Positions 30,451 to 39,813 of a stretch of DNA of 64,000 nucleotides are shown in pieces. Positions within the stretch are counted from its first letter, which is position 1, and each line of letters begins with the position of its first letter. A program made the translations under genes and the position numbers. Source of the DNA: an uncultured Fibrobacterota bacterium (GTDB lineage: Bacteria > Fibrobacterota > Chitinivibrionia > Chitinivibrionales > FEN-1185); the NCBI GenBank assembly GCA_963753345.1, contig CAVWBU010000021.1, positions 192,001 through 256,000 of the forward strand, in the 5' to 3' direction. The notes beneath the pieces are model-generated. The model ran no database searches. It was given only the letters and a program-made list of their open reading frames with translations, and was not told the origin of the DNA.

Positions 30451-31553
30451 TGTTTCACCTGGAACTTCCTGACGGAAACGGCCAGAAGGAAAAGCCCCAT
30501 GCAGCCCAGCACGAGCATGGGCTGCCACAGCACCGCGAGCCCCACGCCCTTGAGAATGATGCCGCGCACGATTTCGAGGAAATAGGTGGCGGGGACGATG
30601 TGGGCCAGCCATTGCAGCCACAGCGGCAGGCTCGGGAGGGGAAACATGAATCCTGACAGAAGCACGGTGGGCATAACGGTCACGGGCAGCACGATCATCA
30701 TGGCGTGCTCCTGCTTGCGCGATATGGTGCTGATGAGCAGGCCGAGTGCAAGGGCAGTGAAAATGTAGATGAGGCTCGCCGCTGAAAGCAAAAGCAGGCT
30801 GCCGTTTACCACCACGCCGAACACGAAATATCCCACCAGCAGGATGAGCGCGCCGTCAATGGCCGCGAGCGCAATGTAGGGCGTGATCTTGCCGATCATG
30901 ATCTCGGCCGGGCGTATGGGCGACACGAGCATCTGTTCCATGGTGCCGAGTTCCTTCTCGCGCGTGAGCGTGAGCGAGGTGAGCATGGCCGAGATCATCA
31001 TGAGAATGATCACCATGAGGCCGGGCACGAAATACATGGCGCTCTTCTGCTGCGGGTTGTACAAAATAACCTGGCGCACATTGACGGCCGCGGGCACGGG
31101 CACATGCAGGAGATCGAGCACGCATTTCTGCAGGAAAGGCTCCACCGCGTTGCGCAGGATGGTGCCGAGGTTCTGGTCCGATCCGTCAATAAGCACCTGG
31201 ACCGATGCGGGAGAGCCCGGCCGCCGCAGGTCGGCGGTAAAGTGCGGGGAGAAGCGGAACAGCGCCTTGATATGGCGCTGACGGAACAGTGCGTCCGGGT
31301 TCGGCACGGAATTTACCACGCCCGTAACCTTGAACAGGCTGCTTTGGTCGATGGCCCGGATCAGCAGCGCCGTTTCGGGCGTGGGCGAGGGGTCTTCCAC
31401 CATCACTGCCACGTCGTTGATGTTCACGTCGAGCGCGTAGCCGTAGAGGAACATCATGAACACCGGCATGGCGAGCACGATGAGCAGGGTCTGCCAGTCA
31501 CGCAGAATGTGCCAGACTTCTTTACGGATAAGAGCCATTATGCGCGGGTTCAC
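30447..31553 (-). CDS. ABC-2 type permease (YbhS-like)
   Basis: REKELGTMEQMLVSP, LLSGFMFP. Confidence 0.9.
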   Translation of the reverse strand: MNPRIMALIRKEVWHILRDWQTLLIVLAMPVFMMFLYGYALDVNINDVAVMVEDPSPTPETALLIRAIDQSSLFKVTGVVNSVPNPDALFRQRHIKALFRFSPHFTADLRRPGSPASVQVLIDGSDQNLGTILRNAVEPFLQKCVLDLLHVPVPAAVNVRQVILYNPQQKSAMYFVPGLMVIILMMISAMLTSLTLTREKELGTMEQMLVSPIRPAEIMIGKITPYIALAAIDGALILLVGYFVFGVVVNGSLLLLSAASLIYIFTALALGLLISTISRKQEHAMMIVLPVTVMPTVLLSGFMFPLPSLPLWLQWLAHIVPATYFLEIVRGIILKGVGLAVLWQPMLVLGCMGLFLLAVSVRKFQVKQ

Positions 31554-32282
31554 CGGCCGCCCCCTTCCACGATGGCAAGGAACGCGTCGAGGAGCGTGTC
31601 GCAGCGGTGTCGCTTCTTGAGCGCCTGCGGCGAGTCGATGGCCGCGATTTTGCCGCTGATCATGATCGAAATCCGGTGGCAGTATTCCGCTTCGTCCATG
31701 TGGTGCGTGGTGACGAAAATGGTGGTGCCGCCCCGGGACAGGGACTGGATAAGGTCCCAGAAATTGCGCCGGCTTATGGGGTCAACCGATCCGGTGGGCT
31801 CGTCGAGGAACAGGATTTCCGGTTTGTGAAGATTGGCGCAGGCTAGGCTCAGCTTTTGCTGCCATCCCCACGGCAGGGTGCCGGTGATCCGGGGCAAGAG
31901 GTCGGCAAGGCCGAGGAACTCCGACATTTCCGCCGATGCGCGCGGCGAGTTCATTCCCGGAAAGCCCGTAGAGCGAGCCGAAAAGTCTGAGGTTGTCGCG
32001 CACGACCAGGTCAGGGTACAGGCTGAACTTCTGCGACATGTACCCGATGCGCGTGCGTATTTTTGCCGTCTCCTTCATGATGTCGAACCCGGCCACGTGG
32101 CCCGAGCCGCTCGTGGGCGAAAGCAGGCCGCACAGCATGCGGATGGCCGTGGTTTTGCCCGCGCCGTTTGCGCCGAGAAACCCGAAGATCTCGCCCTGCC
32201 GCACCGCCACGTTGATGTGGTCGACGGCGGTGTAGGAGCCGAATTTTTTGGTGAGGTCGGAGGTTGATATTGAGTAATTCAT
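31550..32282 (-). CDS. ABC ATPase with one apparent +1 frameshift near 31933
   Basis: GANGAGKTT in one frame; FLDEPT and TTHHMDEAE in the next; removing one base restores RIAEMSEFLGL. Confidence 0.82.
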
Positions 32283-32312
32283 GATTGTTAGATTCAATAA
32301 AACAAATGAAAT

Positions 32313-32729
32313 TGGGCGTTCCCCTCGCCTTCGTCAAGACTCAGGCTCGGGTCGGTTCTCCTTCCGGTCTCGGCCTCCGGCCTCGGGCCGCCACGGCCCT
32401 ATGGCCCACAGGGCCGGATCCGGGCGGCATCCCGCTCTGGCGGGACCTCCAGTCGCCCCTAACGCGCGTATTAAGAAATCTATTCGGTCAACTACCTATT
32501 CTCGTGCCAAACCGCATTCGCAGAGATCAATCAAGGTTTCTTTCTTTGCTTTTTAACTTTTCAACGTCTCAACTTTATTTCTTTTCAACTGCTCCTCGTG
32601 GGTGCCCCCACACAGGTGCTTCGGCCTTGCACCTGCTCCACCAAGGGGGCCACCCTGGAGAGGGGAGTGCCGAGGACCCCGCAGACCGGACGGCGAGGAG
32701 GCCGAGGCAGGGGGAGATACTTCTCCCCC
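32313..32729. repeat. Composite B(+)/A(-) element inside the ABC operon
   Basis: TGGGCGTTCCCC...CCTAACGCGCG; GGGGGAGATACTTCTCCCCC. Confidence 0.88.
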
Positions 32730-32741
32730 GATAAAAGCATT

Positions 32742-33680
32742 TTAGTTTTCCTTCCCGCCATTCTCTGTAAGCAAGCAAACAAATAAATCTTCGATCTTTG
32801 GTTGTATCCTCTCCGCTTTTTCCGCATCGGACAGTAATGGCTTTACAACCGATAAGACTTCGCTGGGTGATCTTTCAACTCCCGGTACCGCCACGTGGAT
32901 CGCCCCGCCCTCCGGATACATGAGCGCCACGCCGGGCGGCAGCGGCGCGTTCTGCGCCACGGTGAGCAGCGTCGACGCGCTCGACACTTTGTAAAGAGGA
33001 TGCGGGTAAGTGGCGAGCAACGTTTCGGGTTTTCCCTGGCGGACGATTTGCCCTTTGTGAAGAAACAGCAGCTCGTCGCACAGGTGCGCCTCGTCCATGT
33101 ACGGCGTGGAAACCACAATAGTGATGCCCTGGCTCCTAAGCTCCGAAAGGATTGCCCAGAATTCCCTGCGCGATACCGGGTCCACGCCGGTGGTGGGCTC
33201 GTCGAGAAACAATACCCTTGGGGTATGGATGAGGGTGCACGACAGGGCGAGCTTCTGTTTCATGCCCCCGGACAGGTTCCGCGCGCGCCTGTTGACAAAG
33301 GGCGCAAGCCGCGAGAAGTCGAGGAGCCGCGCCATGCGCTCGTCGCGCTCCGCGGGCGGTACGCCGAACAGGTCGGCGAAGAACTGCATGTTCTCGCGGA
33401 CGCTCAGGTCCTGGTACAGCGAGAATTTCTGCGGCATGTACCCGATCTGCGCGCGTATGGCCCGGAAGTCGCGCGCGGTGTCGAGCCCGCACACCGAAAC
33501 CGCGCCCTTGTCGGCCGCGACGAGCGTGGTGCAGATGCGCAGGAGGGTCGACTTGCCCGCGCCGTCAGCGCCGATGAGGCCGAACAGGCAGCCTTTACAA
33601 ACAGACAGCGAGACGCCGGCAAGCGCGTGCTCGCCGGCGTAGTTTTTTTCGAGGTCCCTGATTTCTATATCAATATTCAT
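32742..33680 (-). CDS. ABC ATPase
   Basis: GADGAGKST, LSGGMKQK, LDEPTTG. Confidence 0.92.
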   Translation of the reverse strand: MNIDIEIRDLEKNYAGEHALAGVSLSVCKGCLFGLIGADGAGKSTLLRICTTLVAADKGAVSVCGLDTARDFRAIRAQIGYMPQKFSLYQDLSVRENMQFFADLFGVPPAERDERMARLLDFSRLAPFVNRRARNLSGGMKQKLALSCTLIHTPRVLFLDEPTTGVDPVSRREFWAILSELRSQGITIVVSTPYMDEAHLCDELLFLHKGQIVRQGKPETLLATYPHPLYKVSSASTLLTVAQNAPLPPGVALMYPEGGAIHVAVPGVERSPSEVLSVVKPLLSDAEKAERIQPKIEDLFVCLLTENGGKEN

Positions 33681-33695
33681 AATTAATAAAAATGC

Positions 33696-34095
33696 TGGGC
33701 GTTTCCCTCGCTATGCTCGGGTCGGCCGTCCTTCCGGTCTCGGCCTCTGGCCTCGGGCTGCCTGCTATGAAGGCCCTGCGGGCCATGGTCAGGCAGCACC
33801 GCGCTCCAGCGCGGCCTCCAGTCCTGCCTAACGCGCGTGCTTGGAGACCAATTCCGTCAACTACCTCTTCTTGCGCCAATCGGCATCCGCAATATTCAAC
33901 TTGGGCTCTTAACTACATTTTCTACTTTTCAACGTTTCAACTATTCAACTTTTCAACTTCGTTTTCCACTGCTCTTCGTGGGTGCCCCCACACAAGTGTC
34001 TCGGTCTTGCAACTGCTTCCACTGGGGGCCACCCTGGAGAGGGGAGTGCCGAGGACGGCGAAGCAGGCCGAGGCCGGGGGAGATACTTCTCCCCC
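33696..34095. repeat. Composite B(+)/A(-) element inside the ABC operon
   Basis: Same layout as 32313-32729. Confidence 0.88.
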
Positions 34096-34108
34096 GACAA
34101 TTATTTTT

Positions 34109-35017
34109 TTATCTCCATACCTCAACAGGCAGACCTCTCTTTAATTGCCCATTAGCATTCGCAGCCATGGCCCTGATTTTAAACACCAACTCATTTCGGC
34201 TTTCCCTTGTCTGGATATTTTTGGGCGAGAACTCTGCGTCCGAGCTGATCCACGAGATCTGCGCGGGGAGAAATATCTGTTTTTCCTTTGCCCCGGGCGC
34301 TTCGTTGTCGAGCCTGATGCGCACGTTCTGGCCGAGCTTGAACGAGGGAAGCATGGGCTGGGTTACGTAAAAGTCAATCTGCATGGTGTCGTACTTGCCG
34401 ATCTCGAGGATCGAGTTCCCGGGAAGCGCCACCTCGCCCAGGTTTTTGTACTTGGTGAGCACGGTGCCGGACGCGGGCGCGCGAACGTAGCAGCGCGAGA
34501 GCTGGTCGAGCAGCTCCGCCTTCTGCGCGTTGATGGTGTTGATTCTCGCCTGCAGGGCCGCGAGCGTGGTCCTGTTCGCCTGCACCCTGAGGTTGGACGA
34601 TTCGACCTGCGTCTCGAGGTTGTCCTTCTGCTGGGACGGGGCGGAGCCCTGGGACACGAGCGTGGTGATGCGCTTGTATTCGCGCTCGACTCCTTTCACG
34701 TCGGATTCCTGCGACGAGACCTCCACTTTCTTTGCGGCAATGCTGTTGTTGAGTTCGGCGAGCGAGGCGGAAAGCTCGCCAAGCCGGAGCACGGTCGGAA
34801 TGGTGTCGATGACGGCAACGAACTCGCCCTTGTCAACCTTCTGGCCTTCCTCTTTGTACAGGGCCACGATGGTGCCCTGCGCGGTGGTGGCGATCTGATA
34901 GGTCTGCGCCTCCGCCACGGCCGAGCCGATAAAGTCCCTGCTGCTCGTGGGGTTGCAGCCAAGCGCAAGCGCCGGAAGCGCGGAACAGATGATGCGGAGG
35001 AATTGTCTGGTCTTCAT
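34109..35017 (-). CDS. HlyD-family membrane fusion lipoprotein
   Basis: LALGC lipobox, coiled hairpin, AEFSPKNIQTRESR. Confidence 0.9.
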   Translation of the reverse strand: MKTRQFLRIICSALPALALGCNPTSSRDFIGSAVAEAQTYQIATTAQGTIVALYKEEGQKVDKGEFVAVIDTIPTVLRLGELSASLAELNNSIAAKKVEVSSQESDVKGVEREYKRITTLVSQGSAPSQQKDNLETQVESSNLRVQANRTTLAALQARINTINAQKAELLDQLSRCYVRAPASGTVLTKYKNLGEVALPGNSILEIGKYDTMQIDFYVTQPMLPSFKLGQNVRIRLDNEAPGAKEKQIFLPAQISWISSDAEFSPKNIQTRESRNELVFKIRAMAANANGQLKRGLPVEVWR

Positions 35018-35100
35018 TGGCACCTCTCTTGTAGTATAGGGAACTTGTCTTGCTTTCCAGGCTCAACAATTGCCGTCAATGGAATAAATGCAATTTTATG

Positions 35101-35136
35101 TGAGATTGCTTCGTAGCTTTGCTCCTCGCAATGACA
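35101..35136. repeat. REP-like palindrome
   Basis: GAGATTGCTTCG...CTCGCAATGAC, a common REP-type shape. Confidence 0.5.
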
Positions 35137-35190
35137 GAATCTATCACTGCCGCAGTTTTTCAACTGTCAACCGACAACTGTCAACCACGA

Positions 35191-36519
35191 TTAAAACGTG
35201 ATCTCCCTTCCCGCCGCGAAATACAACTGCAATATCGCCAGGTTTTTCGTGAACTCCGCCTGGCGCACCGAAAGGTCTGCGCGGGCGCGGGAGGTGAGCG
35301 CGTTGAGCACGTCGGTCTGCGTGGCAGTGCCCGCGGCAAGCCCGTTCTTCGCGTCTTTCTCCACGGCCTCGGCCGCGGCAAGCGCGGCCCTTGCTGCATC
35401 GCGCTGGCGCATTGCGCGCGTCACCTGGAGCTTGGCATTCTTGATGGCGTTGTCCCATGCGTCGATCATCTGCTGTTTCTGGTACTTCGCGGTTTCTATC
35501 TGGTACGCCACCTGTTTCTGCTGGCTTGACGGAGCGGACCAGTCGAACAGCGACAGGGTGCTCCACTTGAGCTGGAGCCCGGCCTGACCGTATCCCATGA
35601 AATCGGTTCCCCCCATTTTAAGGCCCGGGTTGGCGTACCGGTAGCCGACGGATGCCACAAGATTGGGATATTTCTGGCCGGATATGATGTCGCTCAGCGC
35701 CGACTGCTGCGATATCAAAAGGTCTATTGCCACCAGTTCCGGCCGGGCAGCGTTCAGGCACACGGTGTCGAGGCCGGCAACGGCCTCGGAGTCGATGCCG
35801 AAGGCGTAGTCCAGCGGCGAAACCGCGGAGTCCTTGCATTTTGTAAAGTTGACGATTTCGTACCTGAGAGAATCGCACTGGTTCTGCGCGCTGGTGAGAT
35901 CGGCCTGCGCGCTCGCGAGCCGTGCCGCGGCATCGAGCACTTTCGACGAAGAGGCCATGCCGCCGGAAGCAAGGTTCCGCGCCTGGGTCACCAGGTCGGC
36001 AAGCTGCCGCACGAGCGTCTGGTACACGTCCACCTGGCCGTAGCTGAGGATCCAGGCGAAATACATGGCGCCGAGCCGGAACGAAAGCTGGTTTTTGAGG
36101 CCCGCGTTCTGGGCATCCTTCGCCTTCAGGCCGATGCGGCGGTAGCGCACGTTGTACATGTTGACCAGCGCGGTGGTGAGAGGGTAGCTCAGGTCGAGAC
36201 CCGCCTCGGCGCGGTAGTTGGCGCCGAGGGCACCCTCTTTTGCCGGGGAGCCCGGCGCAAAGAAACCGCTTGGTATGTCGATGGAGTTTTTTTCAGTGAA
36301 GTAGTTGTAGTTTCCCACCACGTCAAGCGACGGATACCATGCGGCCTTTGCTTCGGCCTCCTCGTAGGACTTCTTGCAGTAGTCCTGGTATGCAGAGACG
36401 ATGTCGAGGTTGTTGCTCAGCAGCGATTCCTGCGCCTCCCTCAGGCTCAGGCCGGACGAGTGGGCCGGGACAAATGCCGCAAACAGCAGGCACAAGGCCG
36501 TTATGCCGGTTCGTTTCAT
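35191..36519 (-). CDS. TolC-family outer membrane protein
   Basis: Signal peptide MKRTGITALCLLFAAF, YPSLD, helical TolC pattern; ORF-track extension to 36930 is spurious. Confidence 0.85.
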   Translation of the reverse strand: MKRTGITALCLLFAAFVPAHSSGLSLREAQESLLSNNLDIVSAYQDYCKKSYEEAEAKAAWYPSLDVVGNYNYFTEKNSIDIPSGFFAPGSPAKEGALGANYRAEAGLDLSYPLTTALVNMYNVRYRRIGLKAKDAQNAGLKNQLSFRLGAMYFAWILSYGQVDVYQTLVRQLADLVTQARNLASGGMASSSKVLDAAARLASAQADLTSAQNQCDSLRYEIVNFTKCKDSAVSPLDYAFGIDSEAVAGLDTVCLNAARPELVAIDLLISQQSALSDIISGQKYPNLVASVGYRYANPGLKMGGTDFMGYGQAGLQLKWSTLSLFDWSAPSSQQKQVAYQIETAKYQKQQMIDAWDNAIKNAKLQVTRAMRQRDAARAALAAAEAVEKDAKNGLAAGTATQTDVLNALTSRARADLSVRQAEFTKNLAILQLYFAAGREITF

Positions 36520-36735
36520 GATCTGCGCTCCTTGACCGCTATGCCGTCGAACACCATTTCGGTGATGAAATTTATTCTTGACTTGTAAAACTTCTCGTCG
36601 TAGGTGAAGGAAAAGCCGGTTTCCCTGTGTACGATTTCGGCAATGGGCTGGCTCAGGAAAGTGACGATGACCATCCCCATAATATTCATCATGAGCTGCA
36701 CCGCGTCCACCTTTTTTATACGCCCCGCCTTTCGT
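36516..36735 (-). pseudogene. 3' remnant of a TetR/AcrR-family regulator (no HTH)
   Basis: KAGRIKKVDAVQLMMNIMGMVIVTFLSQPI...ITEMVFDGI resembles a TetR C-terminus; ATGA overlap with tolC; stops immediately upstream. Confidence 0.6.
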
Positions 36736-36843
36736 GAAGGTAATTATCAAAATAAGTCTAGAATAGAGAAAGAAGATGGGCGCCCCGCCAAGCTTCCCGA
36801 AATCAGAGTTCCTGGTGGGGGCGCCGGGAAATCGAAAAAAGGT

Positions 36844-37232
36844 TGGGCGTTCCCCTCCCCCTCGACGGGGCTCGGGGTCGGGTCGGTCTCCCTCCGGGCT
36901 CGGCCGTTCGGCCTCGTTACCGCCTGCCACGAGGGCCCTGCGGGCGGTGGTCAGGCGGCAATTCGCTCTAGCTCACCCTCCGGTCCGCCTAACGCGCGGC
37001 AGAAGAAATCTCTTCGGTCAGATGATATGCTTTGCGCCAATTTGCCATTTGTCATGTGATGTCCCCGTACAACGGCTCTCCATGGGTGCCCCCACAACCC
37101 CAGCTTGATTCTTGCAACTACCCCCTCTTGGGGTGCACCCAGGAGGGGGTAGTGGAGGACCGGTCGCGCACAATCGGAATGCTTATTTGAAAAGAAGCGC
37201 GACCGGGCCGCAGCGAGGGGGAGACTTCCCCC
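36844..37232. repeat. Composite B(+)/A(-) element
   Basis: Same termini and spacer as the other composites. Confidence 0.88.
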
Positions 37233-37347
37233 GCCAGAGATGTTTTATCTATAAATCTTATTTCTCGCCCCGCTCATGACAATTGCTTTCACAAATGGTA
37301 TAATTGATTGTTGCGCATATCTCCAGCAAACCCGAACCATTGACTTC

Positions 37348-39360
37348 ATCATGGCTTATCTCGAATTCATCCAAGGCGACAGCAAAGGGAAAACCGTGCG
37401 GCTCGGCGCCGAGATCATTATCGGCCGCAATGCCGAGAACGGCCTGTGCATACCCGATTCGAGCGTGAGCAGGCAGCACGCCGCCATCCGGGGAAAAGAG
37501 AATTACTACGTGATTGTGGACCTGGGCTCGGCGAACGGAACCTTTGTCAACAAGCGCAGCCTGCACCGGCACGTGCCCCAGCCGCTGTACGAGGGCGACG
37601 AGGTGGCAATCGGCCCGGCCCTCATGGTGTTTAGGTCCGAGGGCAGTGACCCGCTCGGCACCAAGAAGAAGGCCAAGGCCGGGGGCATTACCATAGCGGA
37701 TCTCGCGACAAAGGGGAACATTGCCGGCCTGTCCATGATCCTCACGCCCGAGACGCGCGCACCGCTGGTGAGCGCCTCCATGGACGCGTCGCTGTCCGGC
37801 ATCGCGGTCCGCGACGAGGAAAAGGGCTCCCAGCAGGGTCTCCTCGACGCGGTGAAGCGCCTGCAGGCCATGGTAAAGGTCTCGCAGGACCTCGGCGCCC
37901 TGGAAAAACCCGGCGCCCTGCTTGACAAAATAATGAACAGCATCTTCGACATGTTCCCGCACGCCGACCGCGCGTTCATTATGCTGCGCGACCGGTTGTC
38001 GGGCGAGCTTGCGCCCGCGCTCGGCCGCACGCGCGATTCGTCCGCGCCGCAGCAGGAGTTTCCGGTGAGCCGCACCATCCTCAAGACCGTGGCCGAGAAG
38101 AAACAGTCGATCCTCTCGTCCGACGCGCAGCAGGACAACCGGTTCGTGTCGCAGCAGTCAATTGTCGACCTCTCGATCCGTTCCCTCATGTGCGCGCCGT
38201 TCGTGTGCAAAGGCGAGCTTCTCGGCGTGATAAGCGTGGACACCATGTCGAGCCGGCGCGCGTTCAACGCGGACGACCTCGCCGTGCTCACGAGCATCGC
38301 GGGCCAGGCGGCCATCGCCATCAAGAACGCGGAGCTGTACACGCAGGTGGCGAAGGAGACCCAGATGCGCACGCAGCTGTCGCGGTACCTGTCGCCCGAC
38401 GTGGTGGAGGGCGTCATCGACGGCACCGTGCCCCTCACGCTCGGCGGCGAGCGCAAGCGCGGCACCGTGTTCTTCTGCGACATCGTGGGGTTCACGGCCA
38501 TGGCCGAGACCATGAGCGCTCTTGACGTAGTGGAACTGCTCAACCGGTACTTTCGCGTGACCACCGAGATCATCACCAGGCACCGCGGCACCCTGCACAA
38601 ATTCGGCGGCGACATGATCATGGCGTTCTGGAACGTGATGTTCGAGGACAAGAGCGCCCAGGAAAACGCGCTGCGCGCCAGCATCGAGATGCAGGCCGCG
38701 GTGTGGCGGTTCGGACGCGAGCTCGCCGCCGCAGACCGGCCACAGATCTACGTGGGCATCGGCTGCAACACTGGCGAATTCGCGGGCGGCAACATCGGCG
38801 GCGAGGACCGGATGGAATACACCGTTGTCGGCGACAACGTGAACCTGGCCCAGCGCATCGAGTCGCTCGCCTCGCGCTGGCAGGTGTTCGCTGCGCAGCA
38901 GACCTACGAGCCCGCCTCGCACCTGTGCGCGGCCGTCGAACTGCCGCTCGCAAATGTCAAGGGTAAGTCGCAGCAGATAAAGGTGTTTTCGGTGCGCGGG
39001 GTGGAATCGGCCGGCGGCGACATGCTCCTCAACATTCCCGTGACGCTTGGGGGCGAAGGCGCGGAGGAGGGGCTTCTCACGCGGTTCCGCAAAACCCCTC
39101 AGGCACTTTCCCTGTGCCTCGACGCAGGCGCGAAAGTGAAGCAGGACGACAAATGCGAATGCACGTTCGACCTTCCCGAGCTCGCAAAGGCAGTGGTGCT
39201 TTCAGGTGATGTTGTCGCAGTTGAAGATCCTTCAGCTGACATGCCTCATTCAAGAATCGCCGTGCTGGGCAACATTGACGGAGCGGAAGCGCTGGAGTTT
39301 TTAAAGCCGGGGTCGCTCGTGGAGTCGGGGAGGACGTGGGCCGAGATGAAGAGGCACTAA
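37348..39360 (+). CDS. FHA-GAF-class III adenylate cyclase
   Basis: IGR..SVSRQHA..DLGSANGTFVN (FHA); SLMCAP (GAF); FCDIVGFT, KFGGD, YTVVGDNVNLAQR (cyclase). Confidence 0.9.
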   Translation: MMAYLEFIQGDSKGKTVRLGAEIIIGRNAENGLCIPDSSVSRQHAAIRGKENYYVIVDLGSANGTFVNKRSLHRHVPQPLYEGDEVAIGPALMVFRSEGSDPLGTKKKAKAGGITIADLATKGNIAGLSMILTPETRAPLVSASMDASLSGIAVRDEEKGSQQGLLDAVKRLQAMVKVSQDLGALEKPGALLDKIMNSIFDMFPHADRAFIMLRDRLSGELAPALGRTRDSSAPQQEFPVSRTILKTVAEKKQSILSSDAQQDNRFVSQQSIVDLSIRSLMCAPFVCKGELLGVISVDTMSSRRAFNADDLAVLTSIAGQAAIAIKNAELYTQVAKETQMRTQLSRYLSPDVVEGVIDGTVPLTLGGERKRGTVFFCDIVGFTAMAETMSALDVVELLNRYFRVTTEIITRHRGTLHKFGGDMIMAFWNVMFEDKSAQENALRASIEMQAAVWRFGRELAAADRPQIYVGIGCNTGEFAGGNIGGEDRMEYTVVGDNVNLAQRIESLASRWQVFAAQQTYEPASHLCAAVELPLANVKGKSQQIKVFSVRGVESAGGDMLLNIPVTLGGEGAEEGLLTRFRKTPQALSLCLDAGAKVKQDDKCECTFDLPELAKAVVLSGDVVAVEDPSADMPHSRIAVLGNIDGAEALEFLKPGSLVESGRTWAEMKRH

Positions 39361-39392
39361 GTAATAGCCCCATTCAATTTTGAAAGAGATTT

Positions 39393-39608
39393 TGGCGCCC
39401 CGCTGCTACGCAGCGGCGGCCGTCCTTCCGGTCCACCCCTTCGGCCTCGGGCCATCTAATTTTAGAATGTAGATTGTAGAATGTAGATTGGAAATGCGAA
39501 AGATCGACAAAACTGTTTTCAATCTACAATCATCAATCTAAAATCTACAATTAAGAGTCCGGGCGGCATCCCGCTATGGCGGGACCTCCAGTCGCCCCTA
39601 ACGCGCGG
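39393..39608 (+). repeat. Module B carrying a heptamer-repeat hairpin; left inverted copy
   Basis: Reverse complement of 42322-42564, including the TGTAGAT/ATCTACA block. Confidence 0.88.
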
Positions 39609-39813
39609 CAACAGTAATCTGTTCTGTCAAGTAGCAACACTTACGCTATGGGGATTTCTCATCAAGCAAGACACGGAAGTCCTGATTAGTCAAGAATGCG
39701 CGGATTGTGCAAGATTGCCGCTGCCACGCATTAGGCCGGACGGAGCCCTGCGCGGCCCTTGAGCCTGCAGAAAAAGCTCTTTTCTTGACTTGGGCGGTCA
39801 AATCCGTCTGCCA

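Noticed and set aside
32313-32470. Module B as attC sites (CCTAAC / GTTAGG core)
   Set aside because: The RYYYAAC-like box is at the distal end with GTT at the start, the reverse of attC geometry, and copies sit between core operon genes
36520-36930. N-terminal extension of TolC given by the ORF track (similar extensions at 42405, 53861, 60033, 17060)
   Set aside because: Extensions run through repeats or neighbouring genes; downstream starts have RBS and signal peptides
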